Positions 20,171 through 31,518 are shown, counted from the first letter of the stretch. The stretch: 64,000 nucleotides of DNA from an uncultured Candidatus Saccharibacteria bacterium (GCA_964494105.1 CAZBQI010000002.1:18936-82935); one strand, 5' to 3'. The notes: generated by a model from the sequence alone, not told the origin. Numbers and translations: made by a program.

Positions 20171-21958
20171 CTAGTCCTTTTTCAAAAGCACCATGAATGC
20201 TTCTGGCGGAATCTCTACTTTGCCAATTTTCTTTAATCGCTTCTTGCCCTTTTTTTGCTTATCGAGTAGCTTATTTTTACGAGATACGTCACCGCCATAT
20301 AATTTAGCTGTTACGTTTTTGCCAAGTGCACGAATATCCTCTCGGGCAATAATTTTGCCACCAATCGCCGCCTGTAAGCTTACTTCGTATAGCTGTCGCG
20401 GAATAACATCCTTAAGCTTTGTGAGCGTCGCCCGACCCCGGCGCTCGGCTTCCGTCCGATGAATAATCTGACTAAGGCTATCGACAACCTCACCACCAAC
20501 CAGTATGTCTAGCCTGATCAAGTTTTCGGCACGATAGCCACTAATGTCGTAGCTAAAGGAGCCATACCCGCTAGTAGAGCTCTTTAAGTTATCATAAAAA
20601 TCTGTCAAAACATTGGCCAGCGGTGCTTCGAAAGAAATTAGTGCAGTAGACTCATCAAGATAGCTCAAATTATTTTGATGTCCACGTACATCATTTATTA
20701 GTCCTAGCACATTTCCGCTAAATTCCTTCGGCACGATTATTTCGCCTTTTATCCAGGGTTCTTTGATCTCAGTTATACGACTAACATCCGGCAACTCACT
20801 GGCTGCGCGAATGTCTAGCTGTCCACCATTGCTAACCAAAACCTTATAGTCTGTCGAAGGATTAGTAACAATAAGCTCAAGACCAAATTCACGCTCTAAG
20901 CGCTCTTTGACTATGTCGAGGTGCAATAGTCCTAAGAATCCAATCCTGAAGCCAAAACCGAGTACAGATGAGCTTTCCGGCGAATATTGCAATGAGGCAT
21001 CATTAAGCTTTAGCTTTTCTATAGCTTCTTTAAGCTGTTGGTGTTGCTCGCCGGTACTGGGGAAGAACCCGGCATATACGAATGGATGAATCGCGCTATA
21101 ACCCGGCAAGGGCATCGTCGCCGGACTAGAACGTAGCGTAAGTGTATCTCCGACTCTAGCCTCTGTAACGGACTTAAAATTGCTGACTACATACCCAATT
21201 TCCCCTGTCAAAAGTTCCTTTTCTGCAATTTGCTGAGGGTGAAAAATTCCTACTTCAATCGCCTCGCCAGTTGTTTTTGCGCCCATCATGGTAACGGAGT
21301 TCGCTGTACTTAACTTTCCATCCACGATGCGTACGTATAAAATCACTCCTCGGTATTCGTCGTAGATAGAATCAAACACCAGTGCTCGCAAGTTACTGTT
21401 TTGCTCACCTTTTGGTTGCGGGATATCTGCGATAAGCCGCTTCAAAATTTCCTCAACCCCTTGACCGGTCTTGGCAGAAATCGCTATTACCTCCTCTGTC
21501 TTGCAGCCAAGTAGGTTTACTAAATCTGCAGTTACCCGCTCAGGCTCAGCCGCAGGTAGGTCGATCTTATTGATGACAGGTATAATTTCCAAACCCGCCT
21601 CAATAGCCAAGTATACGTTGGCTAGTGTTTGCGCCTGTATTCCTTGAGCAGCGTCAACTACCAAAATCGCCCCTTCGCAAGCTGCCAACGAACGCGAAAC
21701 CTCGTAGCTAAAATCTACATGCCCAGGTGTATCAATTAAGTTAAGTTGGTAACCGTGCCAAAACATGCGAACCGGCTGAAGCTTTATCGTAATTCCGCGC
21801 TCTCTCTCTAGATCCATCGAATCCAATAGTTGGGCTTTCATTTCACGCTTACTTACCGTGCCGGTAGTCTCTAGTAAGCGATCAGCTAGCGTTGATTTGC
21901 CATGATCTATATGGGCTATTATGCAAAAATTGCGAATTTTATTTAATGAATCAGACAT
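20171..21958 (-). CDS. lepA: Elongation factor 4 LepA
   Basis: IAHIDHGKSTLADR, DTPGHVDF, LYGGDVSRK. Confidence 0.98.
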   Translation of the reverse strand: MSDSLNKIRNFCIIAHIDHGKSTLADRLLETTGTVSKREMKAQLLDSMDLERERGITIKLQPVRMFWHGYQLNLIDTPGHVDFSYEVSRSLAACEGAILVVDAAQGIQAQTLANVYLAIEAGLEIIPVINKIDLPAAEPERVTADLVNLLGCKTEEVIAISAKTGQGVEEILKRLIADIPQPKGEQNSNLRALVFDSIYDEYRGVILYVRIVDGKLSTANSVTMMGAKTTGEAIEVGIFHPQQIAEKELLTGEIGYVVSNFKSVTEARVGDTLTLRSSPATMPLPGYSAIHPFVYAGFFPSTGEQHQQLKEAIEKLKLNDASLQYSPESSSVLGFGFRIGFLGLLHLDIVKERLEREFGLELIVTNPSTDYKVLVSNGGQLDIRAASELPDVSRITEIKEPWIKGEIIVPKEFSGNVLGLINDVRGHQNNLSYLDESTALISFEAPLANVLTDFYDNLKSSTSGYGSFSYDISGYRAENLIRLDILVGGEVVDSLSQIIHRTEAERRGRATLTKLKDVIPRQLYEVSLQAAIGGKIIAREDIRALGKNVTAKLYGGDVSRKNKLLDKQKKGKKRLKKIGKVEIPPEAFMVLLKKD

Positions 21959-21963
21959 AACAG

Positions 21964-23538
21964 CTAAAATTTATCAGCACGAAATATAGCTTTGTGCACT
22001 TTGTCGGTAACCATTCGTGCCTCCGGCAGCTTAAGGACTATACTTATTCCCAAGTATGAAATTCCGGCAATCAAACATACGGTGAGGAATTTTGGTGCCA
22101 ATATCCAGAATCCTTGATCGCCAGCAAACAGCGGTAAAATACGCGACACCCCTACGTATGTAACTGCTGTCATAAAAACGGTCCCCAAGATAATTTTTAC
22201 GATATGGATAAACAGCTTCTTGTTAATAAAAAACGCATTATATTTGCGCAGCAAAACTAATAATGCGATAGCTTCAAAGGCTGCGACCGCGCTTTGTGCC
22301 ATTGCCAAGCCTTCTACCTGGAAACGTCGGACTAGAACGATAGCCAAAATAACATTAAGAGTAATTGTTGCCAGACTAACGAGAAGTGGAGTCTTTGTGT
22401 CCTGATAAGCATAGAATACCCTAGAGACAGACCGAATTAGCGACTGAAAGATAATTGCGACAGCAAACCAACCTAGCACCGCAGCGGTGGTAGGATCTCC
22501 AAATCCCAGTACTAAACGTACAATGTAGCCCCGCAAAATTAAGGTTAGCGCAGCTACAGGTATTACCATCCAAAGCAGCGCCTCGACTGTCTTGCGCATC
22601 TGAGATTTGAGTCCACTGGTATTGGAACTTGCCGCTTGGTGAGAAATTGTTGGGAACACTGCCGTTGCTATGGCCGTGCCAATTAGTGCGATTGGTACAT
22701 TTTTTATGTTAAAGCCATACTGATAGGCGGTTATGCTGCCAACAGCTAAGCCAGAGGCAATCGCTCGCTCAATAACTGCAGTCAAATAAATAATTCCTTC
22801 GTTTAGAGAACGCGGAACTATTAAAACTAAAACTTTGCGAAACCCTTTATTCTTCCAAAATATCTTTGGTTCATACTTAAATCCTAAGCCAACCAGCCCT
22901 AGGCTCTGAACAATCAACTGCAAACCAGCACCCGCCAATACGCCAACGGCCACACCAGTTATGCCATAGATAGGGGTCAACACAACAATGCCAAAAATTA
23001 TTCCAAGGTTATAGATTACCGGTGCCAACGCATAGAAAAAGAATCGGCCAAAGGTTTGCTGCATACTGGCAAAAACAGTTGAAAGCGAAAATAGAAACGG
23101 ATTCAGCGCAATAATTCGCGTGAGCTCAACGGCAGTATCATGACGAGCAGCATCGAATGCTGGTGCGACCACGTAAATTAATTGATCCGCAAATACAAAA
23201 ATTAGAACACTGCCAATAAGTGTAATTATCCCCAAAAAATTAAAGATGCTAGAGGCCAGTTCCCAAGCGGACTTTTTATTGTGATGAACTAACCGCTCGG
23301 TAAAAACCGGGATAAAAGTAACACTCAGAGCTCCAGAAACAAGCAAGTAAAACATAAGGTCCGGCATAGAAAAAGCAGCAAAGTAAGCATCTAGAGTACC
23401 ACCAATACCAAATTGGGCAGCCAGCAGTCGATCCCTTAGTAAGCCGAGTATAGCGCTGGCAAAATATGATGCCGCCAATAGCGCCGCAGCGTTGCCAACT
23501 GTTATTTTGGCATTGGCTCGGGTGATAATGTTTTTCAT
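21964..23538 (-). CDS. murJ: Lipid II flippase MurJ
   Basis: LGLLRDRLLA, DAYFAAF..PD, GALSVTFIP; start set at ATG 23538. Confidence 0.93.
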   Translation of the reverse strand: MKNIITRANAKITVGNAAALLAASYFASAILGLLRDRLLAAQFGIGGTLDAYFAAFSMPDLMFYLLVSGALSVTFIPVFTERLVHHNKKSAWELASSIFNFLGIITLIGSVLIFVFADQLIYVVAPAFDAARHDTAVELTRIIALNPFLFSLSTVFASMQQTFGRFFFYALAPVIYNLGIIFGIVVLTPIYGITGVAVGVLAGAGLQLIVQSLGLVGLGFKYEPKIFWKNKGFRKVLVLIVPRSLNEGIIYLTAVIERAIASGLAVGSITAYQYGFNIKNVPIALIGTAIATAVFPTISHQAASSNTSGLKSQMRKTVEALLWMVIPVAALTLILRGYIVRLVLGFGDPTTAAVLGWFAVAIIFQSLIRSVSRVFYAYQDTKTPLLVSLATITLNVILAIVLVRRFQVEGLAMAQSAVAAFEAIALLVLLRKYNAFFINKKLFIHIVKIILGTVFMTAVTYVGVSRILPLFAGDQGFWILAPKFLTVCLIAGISYLGISIVLKLPEARMVTDKVHKAIFRADKF

Positions 23539-23586
23539 CTTATAGGTATTATACAGAGACTGCACTCGGGGTGATACTATAAAAGT

Positions 23587-24108
23587 ATGATTACTCATCA
23601 AGGATTCAGGCTTAACTACTGTCCAAGCTGTAAGGCTAAGCTTCAATTAGGACCTATTCGCGATAGTGTCGAATGCCCAATCGAAAATAAAATACTTTTT
23701 ATCAACCCTGCGCCATGCATCAATGTATACATAATGAAGAATAAGCATGTTTTGCTTGGGAAAAGGGCTATCGACCCGTTTAAAGGCTCTATTGATGTTA
23801 TTGGTGGCTTTGTTGACAGAAATGAAAGCGTAGAAGAGACTGTTAGGCGCGAAGCCCTAGAAGAAACCGGTTTAAGCATAGAAATCACAAAATACCTGGG
23901 TAGTGCTTACGATACCTATGGTCAAGCTGATAAACCGCTTGTTTGCATGGCGTTTGTGGCTAGGGTGTTAAATGCCAGCGAAGAACCCAAGGCAAACGAT
24001 GATGTTGCGGATCTTTTCTGGCATCCTCTTAAGGCAGAAATGCCAAAGTTTGAATTTACCAGCGCCAAATTTTTTTACAAATTGCTACAGGCAGAATTAG
24101 CTAGCTGA
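23587..24108 (+). CDS. NUDIX hydrolase with Zn-ribbon-like N-terminus
   Basis: YCPSC; GGFVDRNESVEETVRREALEETGL. Confidence 0.9.
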   Translation: MITHQGFRLNYCPSCKAKLQLGPIRDSVECPIENKILFINPAPCINVYIMKNKHVLLGKRAIDPFKGSIDVIGGFVDRNESVEETVRREALEETGLSIEITKYLGSAYDTYGQADKPLVCMAFVARVLNASEEPKANDDVADLFWHPLKAEMPKFEFTSAKFFYKLLQAELAS

Positions 24109-25947
24109 TAAACTTGGTGCTTTGCCACTCTTTAAAATAACCTTAATTTCGTCTTCGTCTAGTGTTTCTTTCTTGAGTAGTTCTTTAGCTAGTTTATCAA
24201 GCAATTTTCGATTGGTGCGAATAACTTCTTCGGCTCGTCTAGCGGCCTCTTTTAATAATTTGGCAATTTCCGCATCTATAGTTTCAGCGGTTCGCTCCGA
24301 ATAATCTTTGGTGGCGGCAAATTCCCGATCTATTAAAAACGAGTGCTGGTCATTGCTTAAGAACTGATTTGGTAGTGCACTACTCATACCATATTTTACT
24401 ATCATGTCGCGAGCCAGCTCGGTTGCCTTTTGTAAGTCGTTACTAGCGCCGGTAGTTACGTTGTCTGCGCCATAGACAACTTGCTCGGCCATGCGCCCTC
24501 CAAGTGCTCGTGCCAGCGTGTCTTTAAACTCCAGCACTGAATGGTAATTGCGATCTTCGGTTGGTAGATTCCAAGTCACTCCACCAGTAGCGCCACGGGT
24601 GACAATTGTTACTTTATGTACGGGATCGGAATGAGGCAAAATATGCCCAACAATTGTATGGCCACCTTCATGGTAGGCCGTTAGCTCCTTTTCCTTTTCG
24701 CTCATCACCTTGCTTTTGCGTTCAGGGCCTATCGCTACTTTCTCAAACGCGTCGTCTAAATCTTGATTATTGATTATTTTTCGGTTTCGCCGAGCCGCTA
24801 GAATTGCCGCCTCATTGGTTACATTTGCCAAATCAGCTCCACTCATTCCGGCTGTTTTTGCAGCTAAGGAATCGAGCTTTACATTTTCGCTAACCGGCTT
24901 GTTCTCTAAATGAACCTTAAGTATTGCAAGTCGGTCTTGGCGATCCGGCAAATCTAGTGTTACTTGGCGATCAAATCGTCCTGGCCGTAGTAACGCCGGG
25001 TCAAGCACATCGGCTCGGTTAGTAGCGGCCATTACAATTACATTTGTGCCTTGCTCGAACCCATCCATCTCTACCAGAATTTGGTTAAGAGTTTGCTCGC
25101 GCTCGTCATGCCCACCGCCCATTCCACTACCTCGACGTCGGCCCACTGCATCAATTTCGTCTATGAATATTATGCATGGGGCATTTTTTTTCGCTTTCAT
25201 AAACAAATCACGCACTCGAGAGGCTCCAACCCCAACAAACATTTCCACAAATTCCGACCCTGAAATATTAAAGAATGGCACTCCTGCCTCACCGGCAACC
25301 GCTCGCGCTAGCATAGTCTTTCCCGTTCCGGGAGGGCCAACCATTAGTACTCCTTTTGGAATACGTGCGCCTACGCTTTGAAATTTCTTTGGGTATTTCA
25401 GAAACTCAACAATTTCCTGCAACTCTTCTTTTGGCTCGATTGCCCCGGCAACATCTTTAAACTTAATTTTTTCTTTCTCGTTACCAAATACACGGGCTTT
25501 GCTTTTACCAAAACCCATAGCTTGATTATTACTACCTTGAGCCTGACGCATCATAAAGTAAAAGAAACCCATTATTAAGAAGATCGGCAAAAGCGACACA
25601 AAGAAGATGTCTGTCCAGCGACCGTTTGAATCGCTCGGGTTTTTGGTAACAACACTAACCTTAGTAGGATCAATTCCATATTCGGTTAAGCTCACGGCCG
25701 GGTCTTCTTTATAAGAAACCAGTTTCTCGGAATTTGGTTCTTTGAGAGTAACTGTCAGTTTATTGCCGGAAACCTCAATCTGCTCGACTTGCCCAGCCTT
25801 TGATTTATTCACAACTTCACTCAAAGAGACTTCTTTGGACTTGTCTTGTGGCATCGAAAGGGCAAGGACTATCAGCACGAAAACAATACTGACAATGATA
25901 AAACTAATATTGCGACTTGGTCGCTTCTTGATAAACTTACTATCCAT
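24097..25947 (-). CDS. ftsH: ATP-dependent metalloprotease FtsH
   Basis: Two TMs, [22 protein letters not shown]. Confidence 0.98.
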   Translation of the reverse strand: MDSKFIKKRPSRNISFIIVSIVFVLIVLALSMPQDKSKEVSLSEVVNKSKAGQVEQIEVSGNKLTVTLKEPNSEKLVSYKEDPAVSLTEYGIDPTKVSVVTKNPSDSNGRWTDIFFVSLLPIFLIMGFFYFMMRQAQGSNNQAMGFGKSKARVFGNEKEKIKFKDVAGAIEPKEELQEIVEFLKYPKKFQSVGARIPKGVLMVGPPGTGKTMLARAVAGEAGVPFFNISGSEFVEMFVGVGASRVRDLFMKAKKNAPCIIFIDEIDAVGRRRGSGMGGGHDEREQTLNQILVEMDGFEQGTNVIVMAATNRADVLDPALLRPGRFDRQVTLDLPDRQDRLAILKVHLENKPVSENVKLDSLAAKTAGMSGADLANVTNEAAILAARRNRKIINNQDLDDAFEKVAIGPERKSKVMSEKEKELTAYHEGGHTIVGHILPHSDPVHKVTIVTRGATGGVTWNLPTEDRNYHSVLEFKDTLARALGGRMAEQVVYGADNVTTGASNDLQKATELARDMIVKYGMSSALPNQFLSNDQHSFLIDREFAATKDYSERTAETIDAEIAKLLKEAARRAEEVIRTNRKLLDKLAKELLKKETLDEDEIKVILKSGKAPSLSAS

Positions 25948-25967
25948 TTAGAGTAGTATAAAACAAA

Positions 25968-26897
25968 TTAGTTCAAACGCCCATCTTTAGACAAAATAAT
26001 TTCACTGCGTTTCGCTCTTGCATATAGCTTGCCACTAACAGGACATAGCGCATCTAACTTGGCAGTTTTACAAAAATGCGACAAACGCCGTAGTTGCGGT
26101 TTTTGAATTTCAGCGCCGGCGTCCAGCTTGCGTAAACAGTGGTAAAGGAATTCATTTAACAGATCTAAATTCATACTAATAAGTGCATTGCGATCAAGTT
26201 TGATTTGATTACTATCAATAACTCCAATGGCATCAAAGCGCTTTTCTAGTAAGATTTCGATTCTATTACTATCAGCTTCGAGCTCAACCAGTAGCTTTGC
26301 AAATTCAGTCTTAAAGCTAGGCCTGGCTTTCTCAATTTTAGGGATAGTCTTGCGCCGAATGGCATTACGAGCGTAGTTTAAATTACTATTGGTTTGATCT
26401 TCGACCCATTGAAGTTTGTTTTTTTTAGCATATGCCACTATTTCGTCTTTGTAGACATCCCTTAAGGGCCTTAGTAGGTCAGTGTCTTTACTAAACGGAA
26501 TCATCCCTACTCGCCCGGTTCCGCGCTGGATGTTGAACAGAGCCGTTTCGATTCGGTCATCCAGGTGATGAGCCGTAATTATCTTATCTGCCTTATATTT
26601 TTTGCGCATTTGCCGCAAAAATTTATAGCGAGCAACGCGCGCCTTATCCTCGCTGGTTTTCTCTCCCAGTTTGCCTTGAGCGGAAACAAATTCTAGACCA
26701 TAGTTATCTGCTAAACTTTTTACAAGATCTTCGTCCTTACTGGAATCGTCACGAATGCCGTGGTTAAAATGCGCAACAATCAGTTTCCAAGGCCCGGCCT
26801 TGGAAACAAGCAAATCAAGCAGAACTACGGAATCCACACCACCGGAGACCGCCAAAATATACTTACCAGCTACTGGCCAAATTACTTTATTTAACAT
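25968..26897 (-). CDS. tilS: tRNA(Ile)-lysidine synthetase TilS
   Basis: AVSGGVDS, AHHLDDRIET, RPL, RNAIR. Confidence 0.94.
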   Translation of the reverse strand: MLNKVIWPVAGKYILAVSGGVDSVVLLDLLVSKAGPWKLIVAHFNHGIRDDSSKDEDLVKSLADNYGLEFVSAQGKLGEKTSEDKARVARYKFLRQMRKKYKADKIITAHHLDDRIETALFNIQRGTGRVGMIPFSKDTDLLRPLRDVYKDEIVAYAKKNKLQWVEDQTNSNLNYARNAIRRKTIPKIEKARPSFKTEFAKLLVELEADSNRIEILLEKRFDAIGVIDSNQIKLDRNALISMNLDLLNEFLYHCLRKLDAGAEIQKPQLRRLSHFCKTAKLDALCPVSGKLYARAKRSEIILSKDGRLN

Positions 26898-27083
26898 TCT
26901 TTTATTATCGTCTATCTGTTTGCTATAAGAAAATGCTCAAGTTTGATCTGGATTCAAAAGACAAAATTTATAGCTAACACATAGTCTGTTTGAAATTTTG
27001 AAAGGAGGGGTGGCGAAAAGTTGATATAATTCTTGTTAATGTAACTCAGCAAGAATAGTGAAAACTATTTGTATATTCCGACT

Positions 27084-27158
27084 TGGTGGCAGTGGGTGGA
27101 TTTGAACCACCGACCAACAGCTTATGAGTCTGCTGCTCTACCGCTGAGCTACACTGCC
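27084..27158 (-). tRNA. tRNA with CAT anticodon (elongator Met favoured; Ile2 possible)
   Basis: GGCAGTG...CTCATAA...TTCAAAT...CACTGCCACCA; G2:C71 and C3:G70 are Met-like. Confidence 0.9.
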
Positions 27159-27198
27159 CCAACAGCTTAGAATTATAGCAAAGATCGGGTAATATGAA

Positions 27199-27654
27199 TT
27201 ACTGCCCCACACCTTGCAAATTAAAAAACCCATTTACATTAGCACTTGGGTCTAAGTTATTCTCTAAATCTGCTGCAAGAGTATAGCTTTGCCCGTCTGA
27301 CGAATACGTATAGGCTGTTCCTTTTGGATCATTCGGAATCGTGCTCTGATAAGTAGGCACCAGCATAATCAATCCCTCTTCGCTGGTTGGATACCTATTC
27401 TTATCAGACCGATAAGTCTCAAGAGACGTCTTTAAATTTCTAAGATCATTTTTTCGCACATTATCACGTGCACGAGCCTGCGAAGCAAATAGGTTTGGCA
27501 GTGTTAACGCTATCAGGATTGCGATAACCACAATTACGACAATTAATTCAATGATTGTAAACCCCGTATAAGAATTGTGTAAACTTTTTCTTTTTGCAGG
27601 TTTTCGCTTGTTCCCTAACGGTGTAGATCCTTTTTGATTTGTATTCGTTTTCAT
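27199..27654 (-). CDS. Type IV pilin / GspG-like pseudopilin
   Basis: Class III signal GFTIIELIVVIVVIAIL; RARDNVRKNDL; IPNDP. Confidence 0.88.
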   Translation of the reverse strand: MKTNTNQKGSTPLGNKRKPAKRKSLHNSYTGFTIIELIVVIVVIAILIALTLPNLFASQARARDNVRKNDLRNLKTSLETYRSDKNRYPTSEEGLIMLVPTYQSTIPNDPKGTAYTYSSDGQSYTLAADLENNLDPSANVNGFFNLQGVGQ

Positions 27655-27684
27655 ATACTTACCTTAAGTTGTAATTATAACTAA

Positions 27685-27846
27685 TCAGTCTGACAGTTTA
27701 TACATAAGCCACAAACCAGCTATTCCACCAAGCATACTACCAACGATGCTCCAGGCAGAAAAATAGCTAATACCAAAAAGTCCAGGTATATAGCCGCCAA
27801 TCAAACCACCAGCACCAACACCAAGCAAGAGTAGTCGCTTATTCAT
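27685..27846 (-). CDS. Small Gly-rich two-TM protein (53 aa), not in ORF track
   Basis: MNKRLLLLGVGAGGLIGGYIPGLFGISYFSAWSIVGSMLGGIAGLWLMYKLSD*. Confidence 0.7.
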   Translation of the reverse strand: MNKRLLLLGVGAGGLIGGYIPGLFGISYFSAWSIVGSMLGGIAGLWLMYKLSD

Positions 27847-27864
27847 GTCGCAATTTTCGAACGG

Positions 27865-29631
27865 TCACCAGCTACCACCACCGCCGCCACCGCCGCCACC
27901 ACCAGAGAAGCCACCTCCACCACCACCCGAAGATGAACTTTGTGAGGGGGGTGAAAAGTTGCTAGCAACAGCACCGCTAAAATCGCTCGATAAACTCGAA
28001 GCTAGGTAATAGGCACTAAAGTTATGTGTTGGCGAGCCATACCAACTAGTAGCCTCTTCTAGATCCATGCCTTCGAACTGCTTGGCCCACTCTTTTTCTA
28101 CGCCCAAGGCAATAGCGTAGGGCAATAATTTGTTAAACAAATTTGGTGTTTTCTTCGGAGCGTTATGAAATGCCATTCTGTCTTTTTCGGTAACACTTAA
28201 AAACAGTTTTAAGCCCTCAATTTTTGCCCATTCTTGGTAACCGCTTTGGCTATAGGCTGTATAACGCGCCAGAGCAGAACCAAAAATTAAACCGAGAAAA
28301 CCAACAATAAATGACCAAACTACATACCCGCCTTGTACCCCCGCCCCTAATGCAATTACATTAAGTATGCAAAATATTAAAGCCAGCCCTAGCGATAACC
28401 CAATCAACCCCTTTGGCCGTTCTTTTGCGGGTATTTCGGCCGGATAGTATTTTTGAGCTTCGAGATTTTTTTTAAAGGCCACTTTGGCTTGATTGATGGC
28501 GCTCGGGACTTTGGTTTTTGATACGTCCTTAAGCTTGATTTCAGCTTTGCCGTCAAAAATTGCCTCTAGAAGCTTTGTTTCATAATCTACCAAATCCTGC
28601 TTTCCGCTTAAGCGGTAAAAAGTATACTCTGCCTTTTTTATTATTCCGCGTGGCTTTGATTGTTCGATTCTAATATGTCCGCGCCGAGCCAAATCGATCA
28701 GGGTGGCGGTTATCTCTACCATGCTTGAAGAATTATCAATCAAATGGCCAACTTCGCCCGGACTGAGCCCATCCGGAGCATCATATTGAGGAATTATGGT
28801 CTGGGATTTTTTTGCCTGATTGTGGGTATAACTCTTTCGAAGACGGCGACTCAAACCGAATATCAGAGCACCCACCCCCACCACGTAGCCAACAAGTGGA
28901 AAATACTCTTGTGTGGGGCGATTGTTGATAAATAAATAGTTGCTGTACTGGGTAGTGGTGTCATCGGCATAAACTGTTATGCCGGCGTTTGCCGGTAGTT
29001 CTTTCGTGGTCCTCGCCTCGATGGTATTTTGGTCAGACTTTACTTGGCAATTCTGTTGCTGAGTTCCACTTTTCCCGGCATAACACCGCGTTGAATTAAT
29101 GCTTGCACCATCGGGAAACGAAATTTTGCTCTTAGCTTCTCTGATAGGCACCCGCCACTGATCCCCGACAACGTCCCAAATAAAGACGGCTTTATTTTCG
29201 GCCTTTTCCATTACCGGCTCAATGCGATAGGTTATTTGATAGTTGTGAGCACCAGTGATTGTTTTATCAGGGTCCCCTATCCGTAAGTAAAAATAGTTGC
29301 CAGCTCTTTGCTTTTTTACATTCGTAGCTTGGCCATCAACCTTTACATCAATAAGTTCTGCCTTGTAGTAGTAATACCCGCGCCCATCGGCATCGGCAGT
29401 TTTTATCGGAACATACCTTTCTATTCCGTGCCTGGGGAATGAGCCAAAGTTATAAGTTATGTTTTCAGTAATAAGAGCACTCGAGTCAGTAGCTATTTCG
29501 ATTTTGGCATCGTAGCTATCTATGCGCTCAGAATAGTCAGGTATCTCATAGGCTGTCTGCGCATATGCACTGCTGGTAAGTAGACCGCACAAGAGTATGA
29601 CGCTAAAAACTAGCTGCGCAAATCTTCTCAT
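27865..29631 (-). CDS. DUF2207 family membrane protein
   Basis: Signal peptide, ITATLIDLARRG, LLPYAIALG, C-terminal GGGFSGGGGGGGGGGSW. Confidence 0.92.
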   Translation of the reverse strand: MRRFAQLVFSVILLCGLLTSSAYAQTAYEIPDYSERIDSYDAKIEIATDSSALITENITYNFGSFPRHGIERYVPIKTADADGRGYYYYKAELIDVKVDGQATNVKKQRAGNYFYLRIGDPDKTITGAHNYQITYRIEPVMEKAENKAVFIWDVVGDQWRVPIREAKSKISFPDGASINSTRCYAGKSGTQQQNCQVKSDQNTIEARTTKELPANAGITVYADDTTTQYSNYLFINNRPTQEYFPLVGYVVGVGALIFGLSRRLRKSYTHNQAKKSQTIIPQYDAPDGLSPGEVGHLIDNSSSMVEITATLIDLARRGHIRIEQSKPRGIIKKAEYTFYRLSGKQDLVDYETKLLEAIFDGKAEIKLKDVSKTKVPSAINQAKVAFKKNLEAQKYYPAEIPAKERPKGLIGLSLGLALIFCILNVIALGAGVQGGYVVWSFIVGFLGLIFGSALARYTAYSQSGYQEWAKIEGLKLFLSVTEKDRMAFHNAPKKTPNLFNKLLPYAIALGVEKEWAKQFEGMDLEEATSWYGSPTHNFSAYYLASSLSSDFSGAVASNFSPPSQSSSSGGGGGGFSGGGGGGGGGGSW

Positions 29632-29651
29632 AAGCTTTATTATAGCTTAAA

Positions 29652-30410
29652 CTACGGCCGCAGAGTTCCGGCAAATACTTGCCAGGCCAGCGCACTTTTT
29701 GCTACCAAACTCAATATAATGTACGCCCGCTCGCCATATAGGTAATCCTTCCATTTGCCAACTTTTTTGTATTGCAAAACCATATTGATAGCAAAACAGT
29801 TAAAGAATGCGAAAATCGAAACAAATATCCAGTAAACAAATGTCGGAGGAGCACTACCCTCTTGCGCACTAAAGAAGAAGTAAAGTGCTATTAGAATCCA
29901 TGGCACAATACCAGCAAGACAACCTACCCAGTAGCTGAGCCAATTTGTCTTTGTTGTTGTTTGATTATGCACTTCCATAATTAGTCCACATAGATTCATT
30001 ACAGCAACTAAAGCAAATACGGCAATTAGACTACCAAGATCGTATACACCAACAAGCATAGATATCGCCACCATCATGACAGACGCAGAAATACTGTATT
30101 CAATCCATCGCGCCTTATTAATACCTTTTTGCAAATTTGCTTCGTAGGTTTTTCTATACTTGGTGGCTATCAGCAAATGCGCTGCCGAGGAGAGAAATAG
30201 AAAACCGGCCACCAAAAAAGCTAGTGGAACGGTAAATAACTCTTTAGAAACCGGAACCAAGCTTTGAGTGGCAGTATCAAAATTAAGGTAGCTCGCCGTT
30301 ACTGGCAAACTAAAGTCGGTACTAAGCAGTAGTATCGCCAGTCCTTGCACAAAGTGTAGTGCGGACATTATTAAGTTAAATCTATTGAGTTTGTTTAGTT
30401 TTTCTTGCAT
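29652..30410 (-). CDS. Heliorhodopsin
   Basis: N....LHFVQG, RWIEYSISAS (counterion Glu), YLYGERAYIILSLVAKSALAW (retinal Lys); start set at MQEKL. Confidence 0.94.
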   Translation of the reverse strand: MQEKLNKLNRFNLIMSALHFVQGLAILLLSTDFSLPVTASYLNFDTATQSLVPVSKELFTVPLAFLVAGFLFLSSAAHLLIATKYRKTYEANLQKGINKARWIEYSISASVMMVAISMLVGVYDLGSLIAVFALVAVMNLCGLIMEVHNQTTTKTNWLSYWVGCLAGIVPWILIALYFFFSAQEGSAPPTFVYWIFVSIFAFFNCFAINMVLQYKKVGKWKDYLYGERAYIILSLVAKSALAWQVFAGTLRP

Positions 30411-30465
30411 TATTGTCTTCCTCTTATGCCTATAAATTACAGCCCGCTGAAGCATTTTGCAATCA

Positions 30466-30927
30466 TCAAACAGTAATCTCGCGCACCTCGCAAAAGTCGG
30501 GCACCAGCGTATTAATGACAACACCCAGTTCGTGGCACAAAGCTGCAATCAGCATGCCATGAGTAAACCAAATTGATTCGGTTGGCGGACTCGCAATTAG
30601 CTTCTTGGCAGCTGCGAGTGCTTCCGGGGCAATAATACCCTTAGTTAGGTTTTTGATAGTTTCCGGCGGATTTGGTGTGTTTATTTCATTAAGATCCGGA
30701 CAAACAACCATATTTGAAAACCCGGCCAGCTCGGCAGTTTGATGTGTACGTAGAAGCTCGGATACCGCAACCGGCAGGTTAAAATCTACGCCTATTTTAA
30801 CCAGTTCAAAATGTAATTCCTTGGCTTGCTTCGTGCCGACTTCGCTAAGCGAAGCACCTTGTTTACCAAACAAGTCTCGATTAAGCCGAGTACCCTCGCT
30901 TTTGCCGTGCCGTATAACCAGTCTCAT
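30466..30927 (-). CDS. Histidine phosphatase family protein
   Basis: RHG, LRTHQTA, LNE, THG. Confidence 0.85.
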   Translation of the reverse strand: MRLVIRHGKSEGTRLNRDLFGKQGASLSEVGTKQAKELHFELVKIGVDFNLPVAVSELLRTHQTAELAGFSNMVVCPDLNEINTPNPPETIKNLTKGIIAPEALAAAKKLIASPPTESIWFTHGMLIAALCHELGVVINTLVPDFCEVREITV

Positions 30928-30934
30928 AGCCTAA

Positions 30935-31438
30935 TTATAGTTGATGGTTAATCTCATGAGCTGCTACAGCGTGATATGCTGCATCAGGGTCAGCCACAGA
31001 CGGGTTGCTTCTTGTGATTAGATCAACGGTCTCTGCGCACCTTTGCATATAATCTACTTGTTCCTTGAATGCCATCGGCATATCCTCTGGGAACTTTATT
31101 CTGCCATCAGCGCAACTTATCAAAGCCCTTCTCCTTTTAACTAAATCGTCATTTGTTGCACTTGACTCAACAAGTTTGCCATACAGTGTGTATTCCGTGG
31201 CTCGGGAGTTATCTGCTCGATGAATCAAACCTTGATGTAACCATGCTTCTACTTGCGCACCTTGTGTGTCCTCGTAAGTAGCATGAGGTGAGTTCCACAA
31301 AGGGGAATTCCTGTGATCAAATGGAACTGCAACTCTCAGCGCTTCCGCCAAAACACCCGACAGGTTTCGATGCTGTTCTATAAGCTCAGTGGATATACCT
31401 TCAAGTGGATCACGAAAATCCTCAGCACCAATTGGCAT
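30935..31438 (-). CDS. Hypothetical protein (orphan, tRNA-adjacent)
   Basis: 167-aa ORF with AT-rich promoter region upstream; no motif recognised. Confidence 0.6.
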   Translation of the reverse strand: MPIGAEDFRDPLEGISTELIEQHRNLSGVLAEALRVAVPFDHRNSPLWNSPHATYEDTQGAQVEAWLHQGLIHRADNSRATEYTLYGKLVESSATNDDLVKRRRALISCADGRIKFPEDMPMAFKEQVDYMQRCAETVDLITRSNPSVADPDAAYHAVAAHEINHQL

Positions 31439-31518
31439 CTAATTACTCCTATTATCAAATAGTATTATATCATATTTTATATTTATTGCAATTATCTTCA
31501 GCTTAGACATAGATTGCA

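Noticed and set aside
26995-27025. Strong SD-like AAAGGAGGGGTG
   Set aside because: Followed only by a 4-codon frame; no supportable gene
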